The notes: generated from the letters alone by a model not told the origin. A stretch of 64,000 nt of DNA from a bacterium (GCA_965218795.1 OZ244653.1:2624001-2688000), one strand, 5' to 3'; counted from the stretch's first letter, positions 10,553 to 20,914 are shown. Numbers and translations: made by a program.

Positions 10553-11551
10553 CTACTTTTTCTTCGGCTTGTAGGGATACGGGATTTTCCCGGCTTTCAG
10601 CTCCTTGATGACTTCCACCACGGTGTCCTTGACCTTTTGCGGAACGGAGGCGTGGTAATTCGACAGCCCCCACATCCCTTCCTTGAAGCCATAGGACTCC
10701 ATCCCCGCTTTCAGGGTTCCCGCCTGATATCTCTCCACCACGTTCTTGAAGAAGCTGCCGAACTGGAAGAGGACGCTTTGCATAACGGCATCGGGTCCGA
10801 TCGAGCTCTGGTCTGTCATGTTGCCAACGGCCCTCACCCCCGCTTCCTGTGCGGCCTGTGCCGTGCCGATACAGGCCTCATTTGCGACGCAGTAAAGAAC
10901 ATCGATCCCCGCCTCGACCATGGCCCTGCTTTGTTCCTTGCCCTTGACCACGTCATCCCATGAGTTGAGGTAAATGGATCGGACCTGAGCTTTTGGATTG
11001 AATCGCTTAGCGCCGGCTTCATACCCGGCCAGCGTCTCCGCAATAATGGGATACGGAAAACCGCCCAGTGAGCCGATTTTGTTGGACTTGGTCATCATGC
11101 CGGCGATCACGCCCGCCACATAGCCGGCTTCCCATTCGCGTAGGGCAATGGACCCGAAATTTGGCTGTTTCGCCTTGAATCCAGCCACGATCCAGTATTG
11201 GGTCTTGGGGAACTGAGGCGAGATCTTTTCGGCAGCGTCTGTGAACTGCGTACCGTGACAGATGACGATGCTATAGCCCTTGACGCCGAGATCCCTCAAG
11301 ACCTCCTCGAAATCCGCCTGCTTAACGCTCTCCAGATAATCCATCTTCACGCCCGTCGCCTTCTCGGTCGCCTGGAGGCCCCGATAGGCCGCGGCATTCC
11401 AGGCCTGGTCCCCGATCACGCCGGGAAGGAGAAGCATGACCCTGGCTTTCTCCGCCGCCTCCGTCGGACCGGGGCTCCAGGCGGCCAATCCGCCCCAAGC
11501 CGTTAGCGCCAAAACGAGCAGCGTGGCGAGGAAACGCTTCCATCCCCTCAT
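10553..11551 (-). CDS. BMP/PnrA-family ABC substrate-binding protein
   Basis: Signal peptide plus GDQAWN..AY.G and EAGYVAGVIAGMMTKSNKIG motifs. Confidence 0.9.
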   Translation of the reverse strand: MRGWKRFLATLLVLALTAWGGLAAWSPGPTEAAEKARVMLLLPGVIGDQAWNAAAYRGLQATEKATGVKMDYLESVKQADFEEVLRDLGVKGYSIVICHGTQFTDAAEKISPQFPKTQYWIVAGFKAKQPNFGSIALREWEAGYVAGVIAGMMTKSNKIGSLGGFPYPIIAETLAGYEAGAKRFNPKAQVRSIYLNSWDDVVKGKEQSRAMVEAGIDVLYCVANEACIGTAQAAQEAGVRAVGNMTDQSSIGPDAVMQSVLFQFGSFFKNVVERYQAGTLKAGMESYGFKEGMWGLSNYHASVPQKVKDTVVEVIKELKAGKIPYPYKPKKK

Positions 11552-12074
11552 TGTATGCCCTCCTCAAGGTCCACAGGGTCGACCGTGCATTCCCACCAAA
11601 TTTCAATCTTCAGGCAATTCTCAAAGACGGAATCCAAGGCTAGCCGGCGATGAAAAGAACGTTCTTCCCTCTCACCAAGCGCGGCCACCGGGCAGTTTTT
11701 GAGGTACAGGTTTGTGGAAAAATCTATTCAAATCTAAGATTAGACCGAGGCGATGAATTCTGTCAACTGAAGACGTGCGTGATCGATCCGATTGTCATAA
11801 ATGTTCAAGGGTTTGATTCTAGCGGTTGAGTGGTTCAGACTCGTAAATGGGCTTGTCCCTCGGGACCATGGGTCTGCGGCCGACCGGAGGCCAAAGAAAC
11901 CTTGTGCGGACTCAGTTGAGATAGAGAGATTTGACGAATACCCTGGGGTCGAACCCTGTAAACCCATGGCATCTATCGGAGGGAATGAAGGTTCGCCCCA
12001 TTTGTGGATGCCAAGGGGCAGCAGTCAAGCCGGGCCGTCCCTGTTCTTGGCCCGCGGTCTTGGGAGATTGGCGA

Positions 12075-14255
12075 ATGACCGTCGATCCGTTCACCTTTGA
12101 GATCGTCCGTCACAAGTTCATGCGCGTGATCGACGAGGCGGTCATTACGTTGAAGCACATCTCCGGATCCTCGGCCACGACGGAAGGTCATGACCTTCTG
12201 GTTGCTCTCTACCGTGCGGACGGGGGTCTTCTGATGGGCGTCTTTGGCTACCTGCACGCCCTGCCTGGTGCGGGCCAGGCCTGTCGACACGTCATAGCCG
12301 AGTACGCGGAAAATCCCGGTATCTACGAGGGCGACGTGTTCCTGTTGAACGACCCCTACGTCGCGGCGCTTCACAGTTCGGACACATATGTCATCTCTCC
12401 GATCTTCTACCAGGGGATGCTGGTCGCCTGGAGCGCGAATTTTATCCACGTGCGGGATATCGGCGCGATCAACCCTGGCGGGTTCGCTCCCGACTCCAGG
12501 GAGATATTTCATGAGGGCTTCATGTCCCCAGGGATCAAGCTGTTGGAGAGAGGGGTTCGCAGAAAAGATGTCTGGGAGACCATTCTCAACATGGTCAGGA
12601 CGCCGGAGGTGGTCGCTCTGGACCTGCATTCACAAATCGCCGCCAGTATTACCGCCCGAGAACGCATGGAGGAGCTGCTGGATAAATACGGTTGGGAAAT
12701 GGTGGACGCCGTGGCGCAGGGGCTGATCGACCAGTCCGAGTCGCTTCTTCGACAAAGACTCAGGGAACTCCCCGATGGGACATGGAGAACCAGACAGTAT
12801 CTGGAGACAGAAGAAAGGGTTTTCACCGTCAACTTGGCCATGACCAAGACGGCCGACGCCCTCCATTACGACTTTGCAGGCACGAGCGAACAGGCGTCTG
12901 TCGGATTCAACGCCACCTACTGGGGGACCTTCGGAGCCCTCTTCGCCCCTCTCTTCCCCTTGCTGGGTTACGACATGACCTGGAACGAAGGAATCCTCAA
13001 GCCAGTCACGATGGACGCGCCGGAAGGAAGCCTCGTGAACTGCATCCGCCCTGCCCCGAACTGTTTGGCGACCATCTCGGGAATCGAGATCGTGAACAAC
13101 GTGTCTCTCGAGGCGATATCGAAAATGCTGGTTGGCAGCGACATGTATCGCAAGGAGGCGACCGCGGTCTGGCTGGGGGCGCACTCGCCCATTACCGTCA
13201 GCGGCTACAAGGAGAACCGATACGTAATCGAGCAGGTGAGCGATGAGTTCGGGGGGTCGGGAGGGGCTCGGACCTTCAAGGACGGGATCGATTTCGGCGG
13301 GGAGATTCCAAATCCTCTCTCGAGAACCCCGAATATTGAAAGCGAGGAGGCCGGACTTCCCATTCTCTTTCTGTTCAGACGCATGCTGAGCGACTCAGCC
13401 GGTCCAGGCCGCTTTCGGGGCGGGATGACCGGCGAGTACGCTTTCACGGCCCATCGGGCCGAGGGCGGAAAAGTCGATGCGGTGCTCTATGGAAGGGGGA
13501 CCGAGTTCACTCAATGCCAGGGGTTCTCCGGCGGATACCCAGGGTCCAATTGTGGATACGTCATCATCAAAGGAAGCAATGCGAAGCAACGCCTGGAGGC
13601 GGAAGACCTCCCGGAAAGTCTGGAGGAATGGGGGGGCGCCCGGGAGTTCGTTTCATGGGGGACGTACGCACTGAAGGAAGGGGAGGTGCTCCATGCGTGG
13701 ATCATGGGAGGTGGCGGCTACGGCGACCCTCTGGAGCGGGAGCCCGCTCAAGTCAGAGACGACGTCCTTCAAGGGTTGGTCTCCCCCGACTGGGCGCAAG
13801 ATGTCTACGGGGTGGTCCTGACCAAGAACGGGGAGGTAGACCCGGAAGGAACCGAGAGGCTGCGGAAGGAGATGACCCGCCTGAGGCTCACGGGTTGGGG
13901 CAAGGCTTCATGGGTCAGGTCTCCGCAAACGGGATCGATTCCCGTGGTCGAGGGTACGCGGGATGTCAAGGACCACAACATCAGTGAAAACCTGAAGGCC
14001 GTTCAGAGTGAACTTGGGACCTCCATCCATTGTCGAAAATGTGGCCATGGAATATCCCGCATCGGAGACCCTTGGAAGGACTGTACCTTCGTGGTCCGGT
14101 CGTCCTTGGCGCGATCGGGCCCCTTCCGGTCAACATCCGGCCGATTCGAGATGAGACTCTATCTGTGTCCCGGGTGTGGACGTTCCCTGGATGTGGAAGT
14201 TTCCCTTCCGGAGGACGCGCCCCTCTACGATGTAGTGGTACCGACCTTTGAGTGA
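12075..14255 (+). CDS. Hydantoinase B/oxoprolinase-family protein with C-terminal acetone-carboxylase-gamma-like Zn domain
   Basis: DPFTFEI, GDVFLLNDPY, D..GPGRFRGG and GGGGYGDP motifs. The tail has CRKCGH...CPGCG..LDVE. Confidence 0.88.
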   Translation: MTVDPFTFEIVRHKFMRVIDEAVITLKHISGSSATTEGHDLLVALYRADGGLLMGVFGYLHALPGAGQACRHVIAEYAENPGIYEGDVFLLNDPYVAALHSSDTYVISPIFYQGMLVAWSANFIHVRDIGAINPGGFAPDSREIFHEGFMSPGIKLLERGVRRKDVWETILNMVRTPEVVALDLHSQIAASITARERMEELLDKYGWEMVDAVAQGLIDQSESLLRQRLRELPDGTWRTRQYLETEERVFTVNLAMTKTADALHYDFAGTSEQASVGFNATYWGTFGALFAPLFPLLGYDMTWNEGILKPVTMDAPEGSLVNCIRPAPNCLATISGIEIVNNVSLEAISKMLVGSDMYRKEATAVWLGAHSPITVSGYKENRYVIEQVSDEFGGSGGARTFKDGIDFGGEIPNPLSRTPNIESEEAGLPILFLFRRMLSDSAGPGRFRGGMTGEYAFTAHRAEGGKVDAVLYGRGTEFTQCQGFSGGYPGSNCGYVIIKGSNAKQRLEAEDLPESLEEWGGAREFVSWGTYALKEGEVLHAWIMGGGGYGDPLEREPAQVRDDVLQGLVSPDWAQDVYGVVLTKNGEVDPEGTERLRKEMTRLRLTGWGKASWVRSPQTGSIPVVEGTRDVKDHNISENLKAVQSELGTSIHCRKCGHGISRIGDPWKDCTFVVRSSLARSGPFRSTSGRFEMRLYLCPGCGRSLDVEVSLPEDAPLYDVVVPTFE

Positions 14256-14585
14256 CCCGGCCGCTTGAGACGGGGGCCTGCCCCTGCTCAGGTCAGGGAA
14301 TGGATTCCTGTTTGCGCGAGAATCCACAAGAAAAGCTTGGCTCGTCAAGCGTATCATTCCGTTTTTTTTACGTCATCCCGAGGCGGCCGCTACCGCCCGT
14401 GCTGCGCCAACCCTGACCCGAGGGCGAAGGGAAACGCGGCGTCTTCGAAGTTCCACTCAAGCGCTCGGACCGCCCATCGTCACGCCGCCCTCCAAATTTC
14501 TCAAGAACACGCACCGTTGATGCTTTTCCCGCCAGCGTCCGCTATCGCATGAAACGGCGGAAACGCCCGTAGATACAGAGCGTTA

Positions 14586-14800
14586 CGGCCCTGACCGGTT
14601 GCCAGCGGGGCGCGAGGCGCTCCATCTTCGCCGGCGGACGGTTTGCACGGACGCGAAGCTCGGCAGGCTGCGGCTTCACGATCGCGCCACACCCTGGCCA
14701 GTCACGCGGTCATGTCCGGCGAGAACCTGCTGCCCATCGGCAGGTTGCATGGCCACCGGCGGCATCGAGCAAGGTCGATGCACGGCCCTTGCAACCCCCT
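14586..14800 (+). pseudogene. Tyrosine integrase remnant (box I fused to box II by deletion)
   Basis: ALTGCQRG/EALHLR then AKLGRLRLHD / SHAVMSGENLLPIGRLHGHRRHR, read across frameshifts. Confidence 0.8.
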
Positions 14801-14969
14801 TATGTGAGTAAGGACGATCTTTCCAGCCGTGAAATCCTACTATCCTATTGATATTATTGGATAATATACAATCTTCCTGCTCTCGCTCAGAACTCGACTT
14901 CTATATTCCGTAATCAAAATGAAAGCGGATTCGTTAAAACTCCTGCGCATCCCGGCGCGTTCCTGTCGG

Positions 14970-15926
14970 GCCGAGTAGGCGGGGGCATTGCTGCGCCCCG
15001 CCCCTCACAGAGCCGAGCGTGCGCGATTGACGCACTCGGTTCCTCACCTGACAGGTTCGCTCAAGAAGGTTGTCCTTGATCCGCAGGTCGAGGAGTGTCC
15101 GGAGGTGGGAACCGTTCCGGATGTCTCCTCGCCTGTTCGGCTATCCACTGCTGTTTCGTGTACGTGTTGGTGGAACTCAGCGTTTCCTCCAGCGTTTCCC
15201 ATCAGTGGGTCTGTACAGGTGACGCCCCGCTTTCCTCCAGCGGGTCCCGATGGCCTCGGTTCCCCGCCTTCAGCGGTACTATCAGGGCGCTACGACTTCC
15301 TGCCCTTGCTTGTCCTTCGGCTTATTGTTTTCGCCAGCCGGCTCCGCGGGCGCCTGCCGGGGTTCGTGTCCGCCCTGGGGCGCTCCCGCCGCCGTGCAGG
15401 CCCGACGACGGGCCGGGGTCTTTGTTGTTCACGCTGGCCGTCCCCTTTCCAGCGTTCTTGCCCACGGGCAAGGGCAGGATCTCCCAGGTTCCCTGGCGAT
15501 CCATCCCGTGACTTTGCGCCGGTCCACGACCCCGGACGACCCGTCGCGCCTCGCCGTTAGCGGCGCTTCCGGTGCTGCCCCCGGCCGATTAACACCGAAG
15601 GCGTCGTCATTCAGACCGATTTCGAGGCTGCGCGACGCTTCATCACCTGCTGTCTACGCTTCACGACGGGCGTTGCCGCACGCCATGCAAGACTCGCTTC
15701 CGGCTGGCGGGTGCGCCTTTGCCGGGCGGGAGTCGAACCCGCTGGGTCGCTTCGAGAGGTTTCAGGTCATCTCATCCTCCTCTCCAGGGCTTCGCCTGGC
15801 GCAATAACCATTCAGTCGTGGGGTGAGATGGTCGCTGGGGCCGGAGGCAGTTGTTGATATTCCGCGGCGTAGTCGGTTTGGGCCGGTACTTTCCTGACCG
15901 CCATCAGCGCGTGACTGAATGCTTAC
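14970..15926. mobile_element. IS66-like MITE (~123 bp) carrying a group II intron in its left IR
   Basis: G|TAACCATTCAGTC ... GACTGAATGCTTAC inverted ends, flanked by the 8-bp direct repeat CCTGTCGG (14962-14969 and 15927-15934). Confidence 0.8.
14971..15804 (-). ncRNA. Group II intron ribozyme with RT ORF deleted
   Basis: 5' TTGCG; domain V GAACCGAGTGCG..CGCACGCTCGGCTC; domain VI ending CCTACTCGG(C). Only a short IEP N-terminal relic (TKQQWIAEQARRHPER) remains. Confidence 0.88.
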
Positions 15927-16069
15927 CCTGTCGGACCGTTGCACCTCCGTCCTGCAAAGTCTGACCGCGCAACAACTCGCTCACGGTTATGCTCCGGCGC
16001 CCCGCAACGTTCTTTCAGGAACCACCCGCCCACGCCCCATGACGGCGCCCGATTGGCACCCGCAGCTTA

Positions 16070-16722
16070 GTCTGGAGTGAGCTTCATCGTCACGAACCTG
16101 ACCGTTTGCCCTGAGGACGTGGTCCACTTCTACAATCAGCGAGGCACGGCGGAGCAGTGGATCAAGGAGGGCAAGCACGCGTTGAACTGGACGCGGCTGT
16201 CCTGTCACGGCTTTGAAGAAAACCAGGTTCGCTTGCAACTGTTTGCCTTGGCGTACAACCTGGCCAACTTCCTGCGGCGGCTGGCATTGCCGAGAGCGGT
16301 GAAGCACTGGTCGCTGACGACACTTCGGGAGAAGCTGATCAAGATTGGGGCCAAGGTGGTTGCCCACGCCCGGTACACCACCTTCCAGTTGGCTGAGGTG
16401 GCGGTGTCGCGGCAACTGTTCAGGGCAATTCTTGAGCGAATCCGACGGTTGTGGTTGCCGCCTCCGGTTCCGGACACCGGATAACGGAGCCGCTAGCCAG
16501 GAAGCTAAGTGACGTGGTGGAGACGGGGGATCAGTCTGTGCTGACCCGTAGTCGGGGCGCGTTAAGGGCAAGAATTCCAAGGAGTTTTGACCCGTGATGA
16601 CCCTCAGGCATACAAACGAACTGAAGCTCCCCGAAAAAGTCTTGACATTGTGCTCAAAGTCTGACCCGATAGAAATACGTCTTGTCAGAAGTATGATTTG
16701 GCAGGTCATCTGGGAAATCCCG
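16070..16722 (+). mobile_element. IS1380-family 3' remnant
   Basis: FIVTNL...FYNQRGTAEQWIKEGK...TLREKLIKIGAKV; IS1380-like end GGGAAATCCCG near 16712-16722. Confidence 0.85.
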
Positions 16723-17284
16723 ATTTATAGGAGTTAAAAGTTAGTCCCATTTCGGGGGCTGAGGTGTTTGGAGAATACTTCAAATTTTATTAGGATGATC
16801 CTAGGATGCAGCATGTTGGAATGTGAGACCTGACCTCTGTCTGATGCCGCTTAGAGCGGGTTAGCCGCCTGTGCCCAGTACCTGATTAGCCGTTGATGGG
16901 GCAATTCGGAAGGTTAGGGCCAAAGGTCGGCTTGCGGGGATTCGAAAGTTTGTTGACTGCTCTGGAGGAAGGAGTTGAAATTCCCTAAAAGGTCGATGGG
17001 GCTGGGCATGCTCTTCATCAAGGGTTGAAGTAGGAAATCCTGGTTAATGTTGACAAATCTATCGTGACAGAAGTCCGGAACCGCGGTATGATGGCAATGT
17101 TTTTTCAAACCTAAAAAGGAAACTTCATGAATTGCGACTCAGGAGCGGACCATAAGTGCCGTTCAAAATGACCCAAGCATGGTTCACCAATATCCCATTG
17201 GCGGCTACAGGATTCACCTAGAAAAGGGGGCGCTTCATTGCTCTTTTGCCTCAGCGGATGGAGGAATGAAGGGAGGGAAACAAA

Positions 17285-18331
17285 ATGAGATTTTGTGGGA
17301 ACTCAATTTTTCGGACGGCCATCTTGTTGGGGGTACTCTTGCTGTTCGGTGCTCTCCCAGCGCGTGCGGAGATGACCGAGCTTCACTATACGGAGAACTG
17401 GGTCCTGGGGGCCGAACACATCGGCGATTTTACGGCGCTGGCCAAGGGCTTCTACGAAGCGGAAGGGCTGAAGGTCAAGATCACCCGGGGCTATGGATCG
17501 GCGGACGCAGTGAAGCGTGTTGCTGCAGGGGCGACTAAGATCTCCCGCTCGGCGGCAGAATCGGTAATCTCCGGCCGGGCGGCGGGTGCCAAGATCAAGA
17601 TCATTTTTGTCACCTTTCACAAGGGACCCTACGCAACTGTTTACTTGAAAGGGAAAGGGATCTTACGGCCAAAGGACCTGGAAGGACGCAAGATCGCCCA
17701 AACAGCGGGGGCCTCCAGCACGAAGTTGTGGCCGGCCTACGGCAAGGTCGCTGGATTCGATGCATCGAAAATCGTCAACATCTACATGGGAGGGGCCGCC
17801 TACGTCCCGAGCTTGATCGCCGGAAAAGTGGACGCCACATCGGCATGGCTGGTGAACCTCCCCGCCTACGAAAAAGCGGCAGCGCAGGCGGGATTGACGG
17901 GTAAGTTGGGAACCTTCCTGTGGGCGGATTATGGCCTGCAACTCTATGGGTCGGTGGTCATTGCCTCCGACCAGGTCATCGAATCTGAATCCGATCTGGT
18001 CCGTCGCTACACACGCGCCGCCATGCGAGGATACACATACGCCATCAATCACCCCCAGGAGGGAATTGACGCCTGGATGAAGCACAACGTGGGACGAGCG
18101 CGGGAGGTCATCGAGGGCGAGTTTCGGTTGGTGTTGAAGCTGACCTTCGACGAACGGTTTGAGAAGAACGGGTTGGGCTACGCAGACCCGGGCAAAATGA
18201 AGAACGCGGTCGCCTTGGTCGATAAGTACCTTGGATTGAAGGAACCCTTGAATCCGCGGGACACCTATACCCACGATTTCATCAAGGCAACCCCTCGGAA
18301 GTGGCGTTTTCCAAAGCGCCCGAAGATGTGA
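17285..18331 (+). CDS. NMT1/THI5-like ABC substrate-binding protein
   Basis: Signal peptide plus KGFY..EGL.V.I..G.GS, PKDLEGRKI and GKVDA motifs. No adjacent permease. Confidence 0.85.
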   Translation: MRFCGNSIFRTAILLGVLLLFGALPARAEMTELHYTENWVLGAEHIGDFTALAKGFYEAEGLKVKITRGYGSADAVKRVAAGATKISRSAAESVISGRAAGAKIKIIFVTFHKGPYATVYLKGKGILRPKDLEGRKIAQTAGASSTKLWPAYGKVAGFDASKIVNIYMGGAAYVPSLIAGKVDATSAWLVNLPAYEKAAAQAGLTGKLGTFLWADYGLQLYGSVVIASDQVIESESDLVRRYTRAAMRGYTYAINHPQEGIDAWMKHNVGRAREVIEGEFRLVLKLTFDERFEKNGLGYADPGKMKNAVALVDKYLGLKEPLNPRDTYTHDFIKATPRKWRFPKRPKM

Positions 18332-18667
18332 CCTTTTGGGCAGTGCCTAATTCCTTAAGAATCAATTTTTTCAAGGGGGATGCGTATTTCAACCTGCCGT
18401 TCCTGCGTCTTGAAGTCCGCGACATCCGCCTCATCTGGTGCCAAACCTCTTACAATCGTTTTGTATAAAACGTCTTGATAGTGTGCGAGCCCGCGCAGGC
18501 CACATTCATCCTTCGTTCACCTTTTCAGTTAAGACTACGGTCTGGCCCTACCTTCCGCAGACTCACTTTCCAACAATATCCTCGCCGCCGCATTTCGTTG
18601 GATCGAAGTGCACGCCTTCTACGCGGATATCCCTGAGGGACAGCCTCCCCATCGGAGGAATCCAGCC

Positions 18668-18822
18668 AGAAAGGTGCTTTTTCCCGATCCGGACGCACCC
18701 AGCAGTGAGATCACGTCGCCTTCGCGGGCATCCAGGGTCACGCCCTTGAGCACTTCTTCGCTACCGAAGCGCTTGTGCAGGTCGGATACAACCAGGGCAG
18801 AGGTGTTCGTTGCGTCATTCAT
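18668..18822 (-). pseudogene. HisP-like amino-acid ABC ATPase N-terminal fragment
   Basis: [35 protein letters not shown], then abrupt loss of homology. Confidence 0.8.
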
Positions 18823-18874
18823 TTTGATGAGAGGCGTCAGTCCGGAACGTCATGCCGAATGACCCCTTTCTTTC

Positions 18875-19185
18875 GGAGATACCAAAGTCTTCTCCCTATG
18901 CGGTAGATGGGGTCCCCCGGAGGGTATGTCTTTTCCTCCGGCTCGCCGCTCCGGGAAGCACCGGGGACGGCTCAAGCCGGCCGATGAGCGTTGCGCGCCG
19001 CACGCGGCGTTGCCTTCGGGGCGGACCGCTCGAACTCGCGGGCCAGTTCCGCGGGCGTGCGGCCCGAGCGGACCAGCTCGACTATCTGACGCCGCTACTC
19101 CGGCGCGTAAGGGGAATGAGTTTTCGACATCGGAACACCTCCTGCCCACAGTCTGAAAGTGTCCACCATATCGGGGCCAAATCCA
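18875..19185 (-). mobile_element. IS3 internal-deletion derivative
   Basis: Left IR and orfA start are joined at TTCGA to the 3' subterminal region of the intact IS (about 32770-32920). Confidence 0.8.
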
Positions 19186-19420
19186 GCCGTGCCGCAATCG
19201 AGGCAGGCCGTGCATGGCATCGGCCGCACGCGACATCGCCGGTGCGGCGGAAGGCGCCGCGCTCGGCGTCTGACGATGGTATGAGCCCTATGACCCCGGT
19301 CAAGGTCAGGCAGACTCTTGGGACTAATTGGAAAGAAATGGACGCGATATCAGCCGCTTGGTCGCGTGGAACTTCGGAGCCCAAAGGGGTAAAATATATT
19401 CTTAAGGAGGAAATATCATT

Positions 19421-19900
19421 ATGGGAGCCGAACTTGACCCGGCAGAAATCCAGCGGATGAAGGACGAAGCACACGAAGCATGGAAGAAGGCGCTTGATGA
19501 GCTCCGCCGCAGCCACTCAAAGGTGGCCGCGGCGGCGGCTGCCGCAGTGGGCAGCACCCTGGGTGGCGCGGCATCGTTCACCGCCCTCTACTTCGGGGGG
19601 GCGGTCGTAGGCCTGTCGGCCGCCGGGCTGACCTCCGGGTTGGCGGTAGCAGGCGCTTTGGTCGGTGGCGGAATGGCTGCCGCAGTGTCCGTCCTGGCAG
19701 CGCCGGTGGCCATCTTTGGGGTTGCTGGCTATGCCATCGCCAAGAAACGGAGGAACGCAAAACTGGCGGCGGCGCTGGGCAGAGCGATTGCGAAGCTCTA
19801 CAAAATCCAAAAGCGACTCATTGGGAACGCCGAGCACTTCCGCGAGGAGTTGGCCGAGATCAAAGCTTACATCGACCAACTTACCCTCCAAATGCCGTAA
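19421..19900 (+). CDS. Hypothetical Gly/Ala-rich membrane protein
   Basis: Strong RBS AAGGAGG; central Gly-zipper-like hydrophobic hairpin flanked by charged helices. Confidence 0.75.
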   Translation: MGAELDPAEIQRMKDEAHEAWKKALDELRRSHSKVAAAAAAAVGSTLGGAASFTALYFGGAVVGLSAAGLTSGLAVAGALVGGGMAAAVSVLAAPVAIFGVAGYAIAKKRRNAKLAAALGRAIAKLYKIQKRLIGNAEHFREELAEIKAYIDQLTLQMP

Positions 19901-19917
19901 GACGGACGCAAGACGAT

Positions 19918-20846
19918 TGGACTTGACCCGTTTTTGTGGACACCTTCAGACTGTGCGCAGGAGGTGTTCAGATGGCAAAGACTCATCCGCCTTACGCGCT
20001 GGCGTACCGGCGCCAGATGGTCGAACTGGTTCGCTCGGGCCGCACGCCCGGGGAGCTGGCTCGCGAGTTCGAGTGTTCCGCTTCGGCGATTCGCAACTGG
20101 GTACGCCAGGCCGATCGGGACGAAGGCCGTCGTGAGGACGGTCTGAGGAGCACGGAGCTCGAGGAACTGCGACGGCTTCGTCGGGAGAATCGCCAGCTTC
20201 GCGAGGAACGGGAGAGCCTACAAAAAAGCTACGGCTTGGTTCGCACGGGAGACCGGCTCGGTACGGGCAAAGTGTTCGAGCTCGTGAGGGCGAATCAGGC
20301 CCATCATCGGGTAGCCACGATGTGCCGGGTGCTGGGTGTCTCTCCCAGCGGGTACTACGCGTGGCGAAGCCGTGGGCGTTCGAATCGTGCGAAGCGCGAC
20401 GAGGAGTTGCGGGGCACGATACGGACCATCCACGATGCCTCTGGAGGCGCCTACGGGGCGCCTCGGGTGCATGCCGAGCTGGTGGCCCAGGGATGCCAAG
20501 TGAGTCGCAAACGGGTAGCTCGCCTGATGCGCGAGGCGGGATTGGCCGGGGTGAGCTGACGCCGAGGCACGGGCACCACGCGCGTGGACCCGAGCCATCG
20601 TGCGATCCCGGACCGGGTCGAACGCCAGTTCCAGGCCGATGGGCCGGACCGGCTTTGGGTGGCCGACATCACCTACGTGTCGACCTGGACGGAGTTCGTG
20701 TAGCTGGCGGTCGTGCTCGACGTGTTCAGCCGCCGGGTGGTGGGATGGTCGATGGCCTCCCATCTTCGTACCGAACTGGTGCTCGGGGCGCTGAACATGG
20801 CGTTGGGACAGCGCCGCCCCCAAGGGGTCGTGCATCATTCCGACAG
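19918..20846 (+). mobile_element. IS3-family copy, degenerate and truncated at the HSD codons
   Basis: Left IR TGGACTTGACCCG; colinear with 31587-32513; stops at 20557 and 20701; homology ends after CATTCCGACAG. Confidence 0.9.
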
Positions 20847-20914
20847 TGAGTATGTGAGGGCCGGTTACCTGAGGTGGTCTGACCCGTACCGCGAGTAACG
20901 CATTTAGGCTTGTA

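Larger units (their letters stand above)
14700..16035 (+). repeat. Integrase-tail repeat, copy D (split by the insertion at 14970-15926)
   Basis: 14826-14969 matches copy A 300-444; 15927-16030 resumes copy A (CGGACCGTT..GCAACAACTCGC..GGTTA). Confidence 0.85.

Noticed and set aside
11740-12070. N-terminal extension of the hydantoinase ORF or small ORFs
   Set aside because: Family homology starts at ATG 12075, which has a GGAG RBS; the upstream ORFs lack support.
15720-15750. tRNA-like T-loop (GGGTTCGACTCCC on the minus strand)
   Set aside because: It lies inside group II intron domain I, with no acceptor, D or anticodon arms.
16740-17280. TPP riboswitch upstream of the NMT1-like gene
   Set aside because: Only scattered partial motifs (CTGAG, ACCTGA); the conserved spacing and stems are not recognisable.
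20846-20900. Possible group II intron 5' end (GTGAG) at the IS3 HSD codon
   Set aside because: No intron domains follow. The sequence leads into an IS110 leader whose guide loop explains the junction.
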